Below, piece by piece: positions 28,401 to 41,826 of a stretch of 64,000 nucleotides of DNA. The stretch is from Chrysomallon squamiferum (taxonomy: Eukaryota > Animalia > Mollusca), in contig CM022673.1 in the NCBI GenBank assembly GCA_012295275.1, positions 10,044,001-10,108,000 on the forward strand, in the 5' to 3' direction. Both the position numbers and the translations under genes were made by a program. The notes under the pieces were generated by a model. The model was not told the origin of the DNA and did no database searches. It was given only the letters and a program-made list of their open reading frames with translations. Position 1 is the first letter of the stretch. Every line of letters starts with the position of its first letter.

Positions 28401-30017
28401 TTTCAAGAATACACCCAAGTGGTCTCAATAATATTTAACCAGAAGTAAAAAAACAAATTATAAAACTATACTTATTTAAACGTTTATAGTCATTATTTTA
28501 GCAAACAAGAAAAAATGAAACTGTACTTGATAATTTACATCTTCTTTCTTGTATAAGAGAGCTCGAACTTCATCTGGGTCTCCACGGAAACAAGCCTGGA
28601 CCAGAGGAGGCTGAAAACAAAAATATTCAAAAGCTTACAGGAATATTTACTGTAAGTCAATAACTCTAAAACCTGTGACATATTTTTGTCTGTTGATAAA
28701 AGTAAAAATTAATTAAAAAATTAATTTGTCAAACAATATGAAATCTGAAAAAACATTTAAAAAAACGTATTCATATTCAGTTCTCCTTCAAGGGAAGAAT
28801 TTGTCATGTAGCTGTCATTGTGAATTGTTTTCTTTGTAATATTTGAATTTTTTTTTATTAATTATTCATTATTCTGAACACAAATAACTTCAAAACCATA
28901 CTCTTTTAATACATCTCACCATTTTAATAAGTAAAAAGTTAATAAAATAATAGAAAATTTCACTGGGAACTATTAACAACTTCCTGTAAATTAAGGTTTC
29001 AATTTTCTCCTTGTAAGTTGCTTTAGCTATTTTACTTAAATATAACACTGAGTACATAAACTAGTAAAGTACAAACAATGCAAAATGATTAGTGTTTGGA
29101 AACCTATTAGTGATAATCTATTTTCTACCAATTTAATCATATTATCTGTGAAATCTTTATTTAAAGTTTATTGCCATCTGAACTAAATTAATTTCTCAAT
29201 TTTTTTTTTTTTTTTTTGGCCTATTTAATTATGATTTTATTCATGTATGTATATACCTTAAATATGTTTATTTTATACATATAGCTTAATCATGCAAGAA
29301 ATTTATTTCAATCAGTAATAACTATAGTCTATACCTATATATTTTTTAAATTACATTATACTACTGGCTAAATTCATCAGATTGCGGTACTGTAAATCCT
29401 TGTGCACTCTGAAAATACTGTAATTCATTTTATCAAAATGTTTTCAGTATTTTACATAACAATTTTTATTTATGTAATTTTATTAATTTACTGCCATAAA
29501 AAGATTTCTTATTTAATTATATATGTAAGTTTTAATTTCATATTGTTCTATAGAATTATGCATGAAAGAAAGAAAAAATTCAAAGAAGAACGACTCAACG
29601 ATTACGAGTTTAGTAATAATTTCATAAATCATTAAATGGTATGGTTATTTTAATTATGAATTGTAAATGTAATCATTATCATTTATGCTCATAATACAGT
29701 TGTGTTGTTATGAATACAAATTAAATCAAAACAAAAATATGGTTTGGAAAGCAATTTTTTCCCTTTTTTTCATTATCAAATTTGTAAGGTTCAGCAGCAA
29801 ACACTGTAACTGAATATATTACCTAAATTTCATAAATGCAACTATGAACAATTATACTGCTATACGAAAACAACACAACAACGATAACACATCTATTGGA
29901 TCTAACAACATTAAAACAAGTGCGGACGTGTAAATGCTGGATTTTCAGATAAGTTAGGCATTTCAATGCACGTACCTCTTCGTCTAACTGTTGAACTACT
30001 AGCGTTCCCAACTTCAT
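9809..30017 (-). CDS. ANKRD28: Serine/threonine-protein phosphatase 6 regulatory ankyrin repeat subunit (ANKRD28/44/52 family), 28 coding exons, about 1034 aa
   Basis: Exons in transcript order: 30017-29976, 28610-28527, 27974-27825, 27414-27214, 26637-26485, 25924-25721, 25201-25115, 21891-21813, 20747-20633, 20320-20168, 19766-19698, 19309-19169, 18763-18652, 18106-18041, 17384-17309, 16903-16778, 16334-16247, 15800-15683, 15222-15082, 14702-14636, 14236-14149, 13627-13544, 13108-12963, 12386-12307, 12031-11949, 11221-11130, 10660-10517, 9924-9809. All introns are GT-AG and the total is 3105 nt in frame. Peptides [79 protein letters not shown] and the C-terminal SDSEFY match human ANKRD28 as recalled. 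It is probably co-orthologous to the three vertebrate paralogues. Confidence 0.95.
10005..10060. repeat. (GA)n microsatellite, read as a (UC)n tract upstream of the last ANKRD exon
   Basis: About 28 perfect GA units in the final intron, roughly 80 nt from the acceptor at 9925. Confidence 0.95.
21945..23100. repeat. Intronic minisatellite with a 40-45 bp unit
   Basis: Unit gtcataaactgtaatacattaccttcactgttattttgttttgtt. The core at about 21985-22640 is homogeneous and copies become progressively degenerate to about 23100. It lies in ANKRD intron 7 (21892-25114). Confidence 0.95.
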
Positions 30018-30099
30018 AATAATTATAGTTGTTATATATTATTTTCAATGAGTTGACTGGCCTGTCAAAAAAAGTTTACAGGTGACAGGAAACCAGTAA

Positions 30100-30702
30100 T
30101 TTCTATGACCGCCATGACAGAACTTTTTAGAAAAGTTATTGGTCCTTAGATGCATGTGACCCATATCTTGACTTCCGTCACATGGGGAAAATTAATTTTA
30201 AGCGTTTTAGTCATCGTTGTATAAAATATTAAAGCATTTATAAAAATGTGCAGATGTTATTCGTAATATGATATTATCATGATACACAGAAATAAACACG
30301 TCTGAAACGCTAATAAGAGACCTGCCATAATGACCTACTTTCAGTTTTACCATTCCAAATAAAATTTCAACGTTTTAGTGATGTTTAATAATAATAATAA
30401 TAACAAATATTTCTTTAAAACATAAAATTTAGAAATTGCAGAAATTGTATTAGAAATGAAAACGAACCAAAAACTTAAAAATTTATATAAAAATTGTTAT
30501 TTTAAATAACTTTTTTTAACTTAATTGAGAGAGAGAGAGAGATTACGAAAAATAAAGTACATTGGGACATGATTATATTTTTTATATAAAATTAATGTGT
30601 ATTCACTTGCGATCAGTTTAAAATGTACCTGTGGTAATGCGAAAATAAAGCTGTCTATTTTTTTTTATAGAAAAATACATTCAAAGATATGTGCTTTATT
30701 TT

Positions 30703-30733
<31 letters not shown>

Positions 30734-30734
30734 C

Positions 30735-30770
<36 letters not shown>

Positions 30771-30860
30771 TTGGCATGCAGCCTTAATAATAAAGCATAA
30801 AATCAGAAGAAAGCTGCGCTATTTCGGGTAGTTATTACGTCATTATTTCCATGGCGAATC
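30100..30860. promoter_or_regulatory. Probable promoter / 5' region of the ANKRD28-family gene
   Basis: CpG reappears upstream of the start codon (ccgccatg 30110, cttccgtca 30172, ttacgtca 30835, ccatggcg 30849) against a CpG-poor background. Confidence 0.45.
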
Positions 30861-31798
30861 GATTTACTCTTAAGTTCATTGGTCATTCTGATGTGAAGGA
30901 TTAAAATACAAGTGTTTAGTAACTGTATTGTTTTATTATACTTTTTGTTAATGAGTTATGATAATAACTGGCTGAAACAATAAAATAATAAGTATGTATA
31001 TAGAATTTTAATAGACCCTTTACCATTGCTATCATAAGTATACTTCTAGTTTTAAGCATTTGGAGAGATGCCATTAATTTAATGACTGAAGTCAGTGTTA
31101 TTATAACCTTATATTACTGTTGCAAGTTTTTTTCAGGAAGTACTTTTCAACAGCATCCATTGTAACATAATCTGATTATTTTAAGTTATACAAGGGTCAA
31201 AGGAAGTGTGTTTGCCTAAGTGTGTGCATGCAATATATAAATGGATTAACTCCAATTATATCACACATCTATTGTTGTATTTACAAAAATATAATCAAAA
31301 CTTTATGTACTGACATTCTAAAAAGAAAGAATCATATAACATAAATAAATAAATAAGAAAAATGCCTGTGTATTATACCTACTTACTCATTCTTTTTTTT
31401 AATCTTTTTTTATTCATCTGTTTTTGAACTTCAGTTTACATAATTATATCACTCAATAAAATTAATTCAGTATTATTTATTTTCATTTTTTTTAAATATT
31501 TATTTATTTATTTTTAATATTTTTTCATTTTTGTTTTGCAATGAAATCAGCTTTTGATTTTTCATTAGTTTGAGCATATGCCCAAATACTGAACCTTCCA
31601 CACTGATGTTTCACCTTTATTGTTACCTTCAATTTTTATGCAATCACATTATTTTTATATCTGTGTATATATATAAAAATAACAAAGCCAAGGAAAATTG
31701 TTATTATATTATTTAATACATATTACATATATTGCACAAACATATATATACATGGCATTGCTCTGTTAAGTATTTATGTGTGTATGAATGAATATATG

Positions 31799-31830
<32 letters not shown>

Positions 31831-32202
31831 TATAATTTTATTATTGCTTTAATTTCATAATCATTGGAGATTTGTGTTCATAGAGTTTATAATTTACTGT
31901 GAATTTTGAAACGATTTAAATTTTTTGTCAAACTTCCTTAAAATTATGTTCAAAAGTAAGAATTTAAAAAGAAAAAAAAAAATTAAATTTATATTTAATT
32001 TAACAAATACCCAGTAGTTAGGGACAGAGAAAGAAAATTAAGTAAATAAAACTATTTAAAAAACCCATCTATAATCTTTAACATTTATGTTTTAACTTGC
32101 ATTGAACTATAAAAATTATAGCAATATTCTCTCCTTTTCTTTACAATTTAAGCCAGAAGAAGAAAATCCTTTATACAGTTGAAACAAAACTAAAACTAGC
32201 AA

Positions 32203-32248
<46 letters not shown>

Positions 32249-34287
32249 GATTTTTTTTTCTGATTTTTTGACAAAACAGGACTTTATAATCAAAAGAACT
32301 GAACACTGAATAATAAATAATAATAAATAATGCCAAACAATAAGAAATAGAATAAATAACAAAACAGAAATATATTACATATTTTTTATGTAAAATATTT
32401 ATAAAATAACAGCAACATATTCTTAAATTAAGTAAAACTGATAAAAAGCAAAAGATCTTGAATATTTGGTCCCATTTATTTAATGATACACAGAAGCTTG
32501 TTAACAAAATCAAACACTTAATACCATCTCCACTGGGCAAATAAAGATTTCTTCAGTTAGAATAATATTTTTATTTATAACTGGTTAGTCTAAATGGTTA
32601 TTTAATTATAATAAAGCATCAAGACTAAGTTTAATCTGTATTATAGATATAGAAAAGTTATTTCACTGTCATTTTATATATTTACATATCTGGACATGTT
32701 GAGTTTTATCAGTAATTACTGCATTAATTATTTTCTTGATGACTAGTTTGAGGTTTATAATAAAACATCAAGATAATAACAAACTGTTAATAAGAGTCCA
32801 CATTTTTTTCATCTGTGATAGTAGGAAAATTATTTAATTATTGATCAATGAAAATGTTTCAGATATTTCATTTACAGTGGAATGCAAAAATAATTGTAAT
32901 GATCCTGATTAAAATTTTAACAAACATTTTACTTTTGAATCCACAGCTAAATGCAGTACTTATAAATAACATTTTTATCTACCTGTGAAACTATTTTACC
33001 TTGTTCTCTGTTGTTGTAACAAAAGGTGGGCAAATAAATACAGATGTGACCTAGATAAATGACAGTAAGTATTGTTTATATTAAATATTAAAAAATTATG
33101 TCACAAAATATTCTAAAAAGACATTCTAATTTTCATTTTAGTTTTTAAAATGTTTAAACTAAATACATTAATATAGCTTGTTGTGGAAGTATTAATATTA
33201 CAAGTGTTAGAAATCAGTATTCAAAGGAGAAAAACTGTAAGTGTATTAATCAAATTTTATTTAACAATAAATGATGAATGTTTTTAAATGCTGAGTGAAA
33301 TAAATGGTTTGCATATTCATTAATTTGTGCACAACCTAGACTTTTGTGTTATTTTTTCTGAACCTATTCATTCATTTTTATAATATTACTGACAACAGTA
33401 AATTCCTGTTACAAAACCACACAGGCAGTGTTAAATCAAACACATCATTCTCACTGCTTTCTCTCTCCACATTCAAACACATTCAAACGTTAATCAAACA
33501 TACAAAAACATGCTCAAACAAAACAAACCACCACAATTCATTTTTTCCTAGCTTAAACTATCATCATTATTAAAACTAGACAAAATTATTTACAATATTT
33601 TTTACAGATTTTCTATTCCAAAAGGCATTTGATAATTACTAAAAAAAATATATATAAATCTAAGTACAATCTGCGGTATACAAATTTTTATCTAACTTGA
33701 TCTACTATAAAAAGATCTACTAAACTGTGAATGATGTTTAAAGTCAACAAAATTTAGTGATAGTATGTGCATTTGCATGAGAGAGAGAGAGACATATACA
33801 GAGAGATACCTCCACATACAGATAGAGAAAACACAGTAGAGATATTTGTACTAGAGAAGGAGCTTCAAAGGAAGAGATGTGATACAGGTAGTGAAAGGCA
33901 AGAAAAGGTGGCAGGTGTCAGGAAACTGTTAGAAAGAGATGAGTGTGATACGTCAACCATATAAAAGAATCTTCAAAACTAATAATCAATGAAATTTGGA
34001 TATGTTATGTTAAAACTTGTATTGTATCTTACTGTATTCTAGAAACGTTTATTAACAATACTTATAAAAGTTTACACAGTTAATAGAATTTTTTTTTCTT
34101 TTTCTGGAATATATATAATTTTACATATGTATCAGTAAAAGGTTATAACAATACTAAAGGTTATTACAACATACACGTATAATATAACTGTCTATATCAC
34201 ACTGGTGGAGGATGACAGCCTGAACAATGGCTACAGTTGACCACTGCTTTATCAATCTGATAAATCACAAATTATTTTTATTATCTG

Positions 34288-37200
34288 CTATCTTCGAACT
34301 TTGTCTATTTCATCGATGATGTTTATCAGTCGTTGTCTGGCTTTCTTGTTGATGTGGTCCACTGAACTTATGAGAGCCAGAAGCTGTTTGTTGGAATATT
34401 CCTTGTGATCCTGAATCCAAGCCTCCAGCTGGCTTTCTGGCAAGTAGTAGGCTTTGATATAAGTCTCTACAAAGTCTCTGTCTGGAATTGGCCTGGAAAA
34501 GAACATGAGAACAATTTAACATGAACTTCATCTCATTTACAGAGAGTTTTGTCAAGATATCTGAAGATTTATGTAAAAAAAGAACAAAATGACACATGCC
34601 TATTTGGTGACTATATACAACTGTCTGATGCAAGGTGGCTTAAATGAATGTAGAGAATGTACTGGGTGTAAATCAAATACTGGGTTTGATTGTGTCAACA
34701 AGTTTTATATAATATCTGTTTCACGGGCATCTTCATCTATAATTATACACTTTCATAATTTAGGTGTCCAACAGATAGATTATAACAGATAGATATATTC
34801 TACTACATGTGTTTTGAGTGATTAGATTTCAAACTCACTTTAAATCAATCAAACGATCAAGTCTTGTGATAAACTGCTGAAAATCCAATTGCATCAAAGC
34901 TCTTCCTTCATTGCTGCATTTCTTAGCATTTGAGTATCTGTCATCAAACAATAACTTTACAACCATGTTGTTAAGAAAATAAATAATCATAAACCAAAAG
35001 CCAGAATAAAATAATGAAAAAGCAGAAAAATTATCAGCTCCAAAATATATCCTGTACTAAGATAAATTTAAAAAAAAATAAAAAATCATCAACAAATTCC
35101 AAAACATATCCAGTACCATGATAAATAAATAAAGACAGAAAGAAAAAAAATGCACACTCTCACCTCTATTTTTTTCAAATATGACCAAACATTTACATTA
35201 TCAAATATGTTACTTTGTATTTATATAATTAGAAGTCATATTAAACATTATTATTTTTTTTTTAACTTTTTTATTTGACTTTAAGTTCAATATTATCTTC
35301 CCTGTAGTAGATTTCTGTGAAGTATTATAACAGAAAAGAAAAGTATCAACACTAAACACTTGCCCATCTACAAATGTTCTGTTTGCCAGTCTGACACAAT
35401 GTTCCCACAGAAGGTTCAGCACTGGCTTGGGTAAAGGTACATGTTTATCTACCTCAGCCAGCTTCTTCTTAAAATCCATCATATTCTGAAACACAAAATG
35501 TGAGTTACAAAAAAAAAAAGTAAAGTACCAGTTGATCAATCTTTGTTGTAATGTTTTAATAACCTTATTTATTCATGTGTGTGTGTGTGTGTGTGTGTAT
35601 GTTAGTTTTCTTGGAAAATGATTTTAAAACACAGGTGTTAATGATCAAATATTAAATTTTCTTAATTATCACCAAAAAATCACACTTTTTGTTAAAACTA
35701 AATTTTAAAACTTACATTCAACAAAGTATCAATGAATCTGTAGCATCACAAATTATTTTTTCTTAAAACTAAATTTTAAAACTTACATTGAGCAAAGTGT
35801 CGATGTATGTGTTGTGCTGTGACATGATCTCCTTCACGTCCCATCTCACATTGCTCATCTGGTGCAGGATAAAGTTGTAATCTATGGCCTGAGCTGCAAC
35901 TGCCTTGTAGATGGGTTTTCTCAGCTCCACAGCCATATTAACAGTCTAAAACCCAAATCAGACAATTTTTTAAACATATTTCTACAAATGGTAAGAATTC
36001 TATGTTGAGAATTATAAAATAACTAGTAATTCATCCATCCCTAATGAATAGTTATAATTTCTATTCTTTCTCTCCTTTTCTCACTCTTTTTTTGTGTCCA
36101 TCCATCCTTATCTCTTTTTGTCCCCCTCTCTCTATCCCTCTTTCTCAACCTCATTCACTGATTCATCCTTATATGCATACAACATTTATTCAGTCTAAAT
36201 ATTTTGATAATAGATATCATATAACATATATTAATAAACAAAATGTAATAATTCTTTTGAAAAGTTTAATAATTTTTCATAAATAAACTTTAACTAACTG
36301 ATGAATTTCTGTTACTCAGCAATTATTTAAACAAAAGCCCAATTTCAGATAAATCAAAAATTTTACTTTCCACTTAAAGATTCTATAATGTGAACTTTGG
36401 TCACTCAGTCCAGAAGCCTGAACTGTCTTCTAGTGAGAAAGAAACTTCATATACTAACCTTCATAAACATTCCCAGAAAGTTCTGCATAGATGCCAGTGC
36501 TGAGATGTGATGCCAAAATGTACAAATCTAATTAGCAATTGTCTAACTATTTTGTATGCCATCAAGACAAGTCTTATGTCAGCTAAGCTAACCTGGGATG
36601 CATGTATGTATGTATATAAATCAGTGATTACCTGAGAATAAAACTGTTGGAGGAATGCTTTTTTAGTTGGTGGGATCATACTCTCAAGGAATGGTTGAAG
36701 AAACTCAAACTGTTCTGAAAGGTACACTCTGTGACAAAAAAAAAGAGATAATAAATTAATAGTGGTAATTTTATTGAGATTATTTACATAATGCTTAAAG
36801 GATAAATGTCTCATTACTTAGCAAAGTGAAGTTCAGTAATGATTAACTAGACAACTTTCATATAAGTGTTTAGAAATGACAAACGCAGCAAAGTCAACAA
36901 AGATAAAAGAATCTCAAAGGCAGTTCCATGTTCAGTTGGACCTATCAATCAAAGTTCAATACATATAACACCTGTAACTTAAAGAAATTCCATGAAGAAG
37001 ATGTATTTTTTTAAAATGACTTACACAAATCAGTTAGTCAGTTGTTAATGTGAACAACACTTACAGTGACTCAGCTGCCACAACACGCTCAGCCAGTCCG
37101 AACAGACGGTCAGGTGAATGTAGATCTACAATGGGTGACATTGTGGCTGGTGGGACTTTGTCCTGTAAAACAACAGTAATAACATTATTTACTCTGAAAT

Positions 37201-40200
37201 GCAGGTAAAAGAGAAATATATATTTAGCTTTAGTAAACAGAAAAATGAAAGACAGTTATCTTTCTTCAGTTTCTAATTATTTATTGTTTGACTGCCTCCA
37301 TGCTTTTCAATCTTCCTTTCTTCTTCTGAATTTACCTCTTCAGCTAACTCACTCACTCACATATATACACACACCCCCATAAGCACTCTTTCTCTCTGTC
37401 TTTATACCTTTCCTATCCTAATTTTCTCACTTGTCTCTCTTCCCCACAAAAACTAACAAAAAAACAAAAAACAAATTAAAATGAAAAAATTACTTACTCT
37501 GTGCTCATTCAACTCAGGCCCCATGGCACCAGCTTCAGGGGCTGAAGCTATCATGTTGTCATGGATACGTTGCAGTGTTGCACGAAGACGATTATTCACT
37601 GATCTGTCATTGGACATGCTCTGAAAAAATGCAAACTTCAGTAATTATAAAACCTTCAGACTATTCTGTAAATAGTGAATTTTCTGAAAAGACTGATGCT
37701 CTGTAAATCTGTTTTACATACACATGTCCACACAAAGAAAAGCAAAACAAACATCCAAATTTTTATAAATGTTTATGATTTATAATGAAAAATAAAATAA
37801 AAATATAAATACATTTTAATACTTACTGGATCTGTTCCAAAAAATGCATGTACCTGGAATCAAAATAAAAACAAAATGTAAAATCATTAAGAGAAAATAA
37901 AGATACATTTGATCAGATTATCTACTTGATTTCTCGAATGTTTTAGAACATGTGAAGAAATATAACTGCAGTAAAATTACTGTTTGTTTTGATGTGTAAA
38001 ATAAATTTCAAGTGTTTCACAGCCCCTGATTTGAAGCAGACTGCACATCATAAGCCTGTCCTGTATTTAAATAGTCTGACACAGTCACTGTCAGGGCAAT
38101 ACTTACTGTGTACAGGATGTAATCAAAAAGCTGTGACATATAGTTGATTACATCAAAGGCAACTGGTTTGAGCACAGTCATCATTTGTAAGTATTTACCT
38201 GTATAAAGTAAATAAATAAATAAAAATATGAATAAAATTTAAATCTAAATTTTTTTAAACTAATTTTTAGTTAGCTCTAATGGCCTTTCAATTATTTATT
38301 AAAAACTGTGTCCTCTATTGTTCATGGTAGATACATGTGTGAAAGTTTCAAAGGAATCCTCTCACATATCAATAAATTAATTTAGAAAACAAATGATTGA
38401 TACCCATCAGTCATTAATATTTAAATATTTTGATACATCATTAGTCTTCATTGATTAATTTGAGAAAATAGTAAGAGGAAAATTATTCAGAATGAGTAAA
38501 TCATATATTTTTGAAACAGGAATTAGGATTCATGCACAAGTGAATATAAATATCTTGCTTTAAGTATTCACTGAAATCTACAGGATATCATTACATATTT
38601 ATTATTAAAGTATATAAACATAGGTGTCAGTACTGTGAAACATCCAGCTGATTAGAAATAAGTATCTGAATGTGTAGAAAATTAAATTATTAATTAAACA
38701 TGTGAAATATTACTCAAGTTTTTAAATTAAAATTTATTATTTAAAAAATAACTGGAAAAAAATATTAATATTCCTTCCTTCATAATATATACATGTATGT
38801 AACTATGTAGCAAATATGAACATACCGACAACTCTCAAAACATTCAGTGTCGTGTTAGTGATATATGGTGCATGTTTCTGTCCTTTACCCCTTGACCTTT
38901 GACGTGAATACCTGAAAAAAAAAATTGTTAATCAGATCCACTGAAATTAGATCATAAAATAATTAAACATTTTATCAAAAAGAAATTACTTTATATAAAG
39001 TAATAATGGATGAATGAATGAATGAATTTTTAATGATTTTACATAGGTTACATTGGATGTCAAAATTTCAAAGCAGTACTTTCCTTAGTGTAAATATAAT
39101 CTAATATTTAACAATAATCAAATTGGAGAATAATATTTTATTAATGTTAATTATCTTTAAATTCTTGTCACAAATATTATGTCTTGCCTATAATATACAT
39201 TCTCATATCAACAACATGGATAAAAGCCTGTTAATAATTTTGTTTAGTAAACAATGAAGGTATTAATATATTCAGTACATATATAAAAAATTTAATGTTT
39301 CACTGTTTAAAATTATTGTTCTGGTATAAGACATTAGTACAAAAAGATGTCGAATTTAAAAAGGCTTACTGAAGCTCAAATAAATAAATCTAACCAAAAA
39401 TATATCTCTTTTTCATATTGTTGAAGAAAAAAAACTATTATTGTTTTGAAATAATTTTTTTAAAGTTATTATTACCTGTGTGAGCGAGTTTCACCTGTAA
39501 GCTCGTCAATGTAATCTTGTTTCAGTTCATCAGGTACATCAGAATCACTGTCTGAATCTGCATAGCCATCCTGATCATTTTCCTGTGTTTCATTAATTAA
39601 TATTAATATAAAAATTGAAATTCCAAACCCAAATAGCATTATATTTAATTATATGTTGCTAATAATGGTTATTTTGATGATGATAATAATAATGAAATTT
39701 CAATGCTGAAGTTCACTGGTATATTTATTTTATTTAAATGGCACTTGTAGTAATAATAACAACAACAGTGACGATGATGATGATGATGATAATAATAATA
39801 ATAAACATCATCATCATCATAAGCATCATAAAAATCTGTAACAGAATAAAAAACAGTAATATCCATTTAGATTGAACATCAAATAATGATGAATGAATAA
39901 ATTATATAAGTAAATTAATACATAAATAAATGGACGAATATACAAATAAATGAATAAATGAATACATGAATAAATGAATGAATATATCAATGGATCAATA
40001 TGCCACCTCTCAGATGTTTACACAGAATACATATGATGTTAACAAAAAAAATTTGTTGTATTAAAGCTTGTAGTAATATAGCCTAACATCCATTATATTA
40101 ACAACTTGAATTAATATGTAAGCAATATATAAAACATATAAATGGTAAAATAAAGGCTTATGCATTTCTAAATGAAAATGAATGCAGTGGAATCTTACTA

Positions 40201-41792
40201 TTATCATTCACATTAAACTTAACAATCCATTTATTAACAATGGCTATTTTCACACAGAAAGTTAAAAAAAAAAAGTACATACCCCTGCACCAGAAAATAC
40301 ATCTTCTTTTTCTTCATCTTCTGGTTGAGTATCAAAAGGATTACCCTCCTTCAAATACTTAGAAAAATACCCTGAGTTGTTTGGATTATTAGAAGCATCG
40401 CCGTTGTAAACAAACCCATCAGATTCTGACGACTGAGTTGCAGGAATTTTACTCTGCCAGTTTCGCATGAACCGGAATTCCTAAAATGCAAATATGTTAC
40501 ATATATTTTAAATAAATGTTTTATTATTTTGTTTTCTGAAATGGAAATAGCTTAAGTATTTTTTTTTTTGTATGAAGTATTAAGTACTCTTTCGGTATTT
40601 TTAAGGGAAAAAAATGCATGGTATAATTATGTATTATTTTATGCAGTATATGGGAAATATTTCAAAGCAGAATTAACAAAATATTTCATCAAGGATTTGT
40701 AATAACTGAAGAACATTTATTTTGTGATATTTCAGCAGATGCTAATGTAAAAGATGTTCAGATACTAAATATTTGGTTGTTAGCAAAATCATAATACTGG
40801 AGCGAGAGACAGTTCAGAAAGGTAAAAAATTTGATTTATTTATATTTATAAATATTAAGGAAAATGATGTAATATATTATGATAAATTTTTTACCAGTAG
40901 CTGCAGAATTGAGAAGTTTGATTTCACAGGGCAGAGTTCCCAGCCTTCATTTTCTAGAAACATTCTCAACTCATCAAGTCGAGCTCTGCAACAAATAAAC
41001 AAACAAATTATCCAGTAACAGTTTCTTCAGACCTGTTACATTATTAAATAAAAGAAAAACGAAATTAAAGTTGGCAATGTTAAAATCTGTTTCTGTAATT
41101 ATTATAAACCAAAAGATTTTTTTTATTTTTAAAGAAATATTAAGGATCATCAATCAATTAATTAAAAAAAGATAAAAAGTTAAAACAATTTAAATTCTTC
41201 TTATAGCTTCTTATATTTTGAAATTTGTTTAAAGCATCGTTACGCATGACAATTTCTTACCTATTAAAGACACATCTTAAATAAAAAATATATTCCTAAT
41301 TAATGTTTACAGACTTGTTTATTATGACAGTTTCTGAAGTATTTTTATTAACTATTTTTTTTTTGATTGCTGATCTGTATATATTATGAAGATAACTAAA
41401 ATATATCAATTAATTTATTAATGCATTAATTAAATATATTATTTTTGAAAGAAATTTAAAAGATTATTTTTTATTATAAACAACTGAAAATATGATAGTT
41501 ACCTGTGATGGTTTCTGAAGTAATTTAAACTTTGTTGTTTCAAAGAGTCTTGAAGACCTTCTGATTTGCTTCTACAAAATTCTTCACCTATTTCTATCAT
41601 TCTGAAAGAAAAATGTGAAATTGGACAAAATATTCACAACAGATTAACAATTTTATTTTCAAATACTACAACAGAAAAAGTGATGAGAATACATTTTGTA
41701 AAACAAAAGATTAAAATACCGATATCCCTTTATGTGTATGCACACTGAATATATATGTGTGTGTATATATAAATATATATATATATATATAA

Positions 41793-41826
<34 letters not shown>

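Noticed and set aside
30851-30904. Small + strand ORF MANRFTLKFIGHSDVKD*
   Set aside because: It is only 17 codons with no convincing donor or homology, and is more simply read as part of a promoter motif.
33270-33362. Possible C/D snoRNA (ATGATGA ... CTGA about 90 nt apart)
   Set aside because: There is no terminal stem or recognisable rRNA guide, and such motifs arise by chance in AT-rich DNA.
36466-36600. Short inverted termini cattcccag ... ctgggatg in a VPS50 intron, and a similar weak inverted repeat at 11690-11900
   Set aside because: The matches are too short and degenerate to call a MITE without a second copy or a clear target-site duplication.
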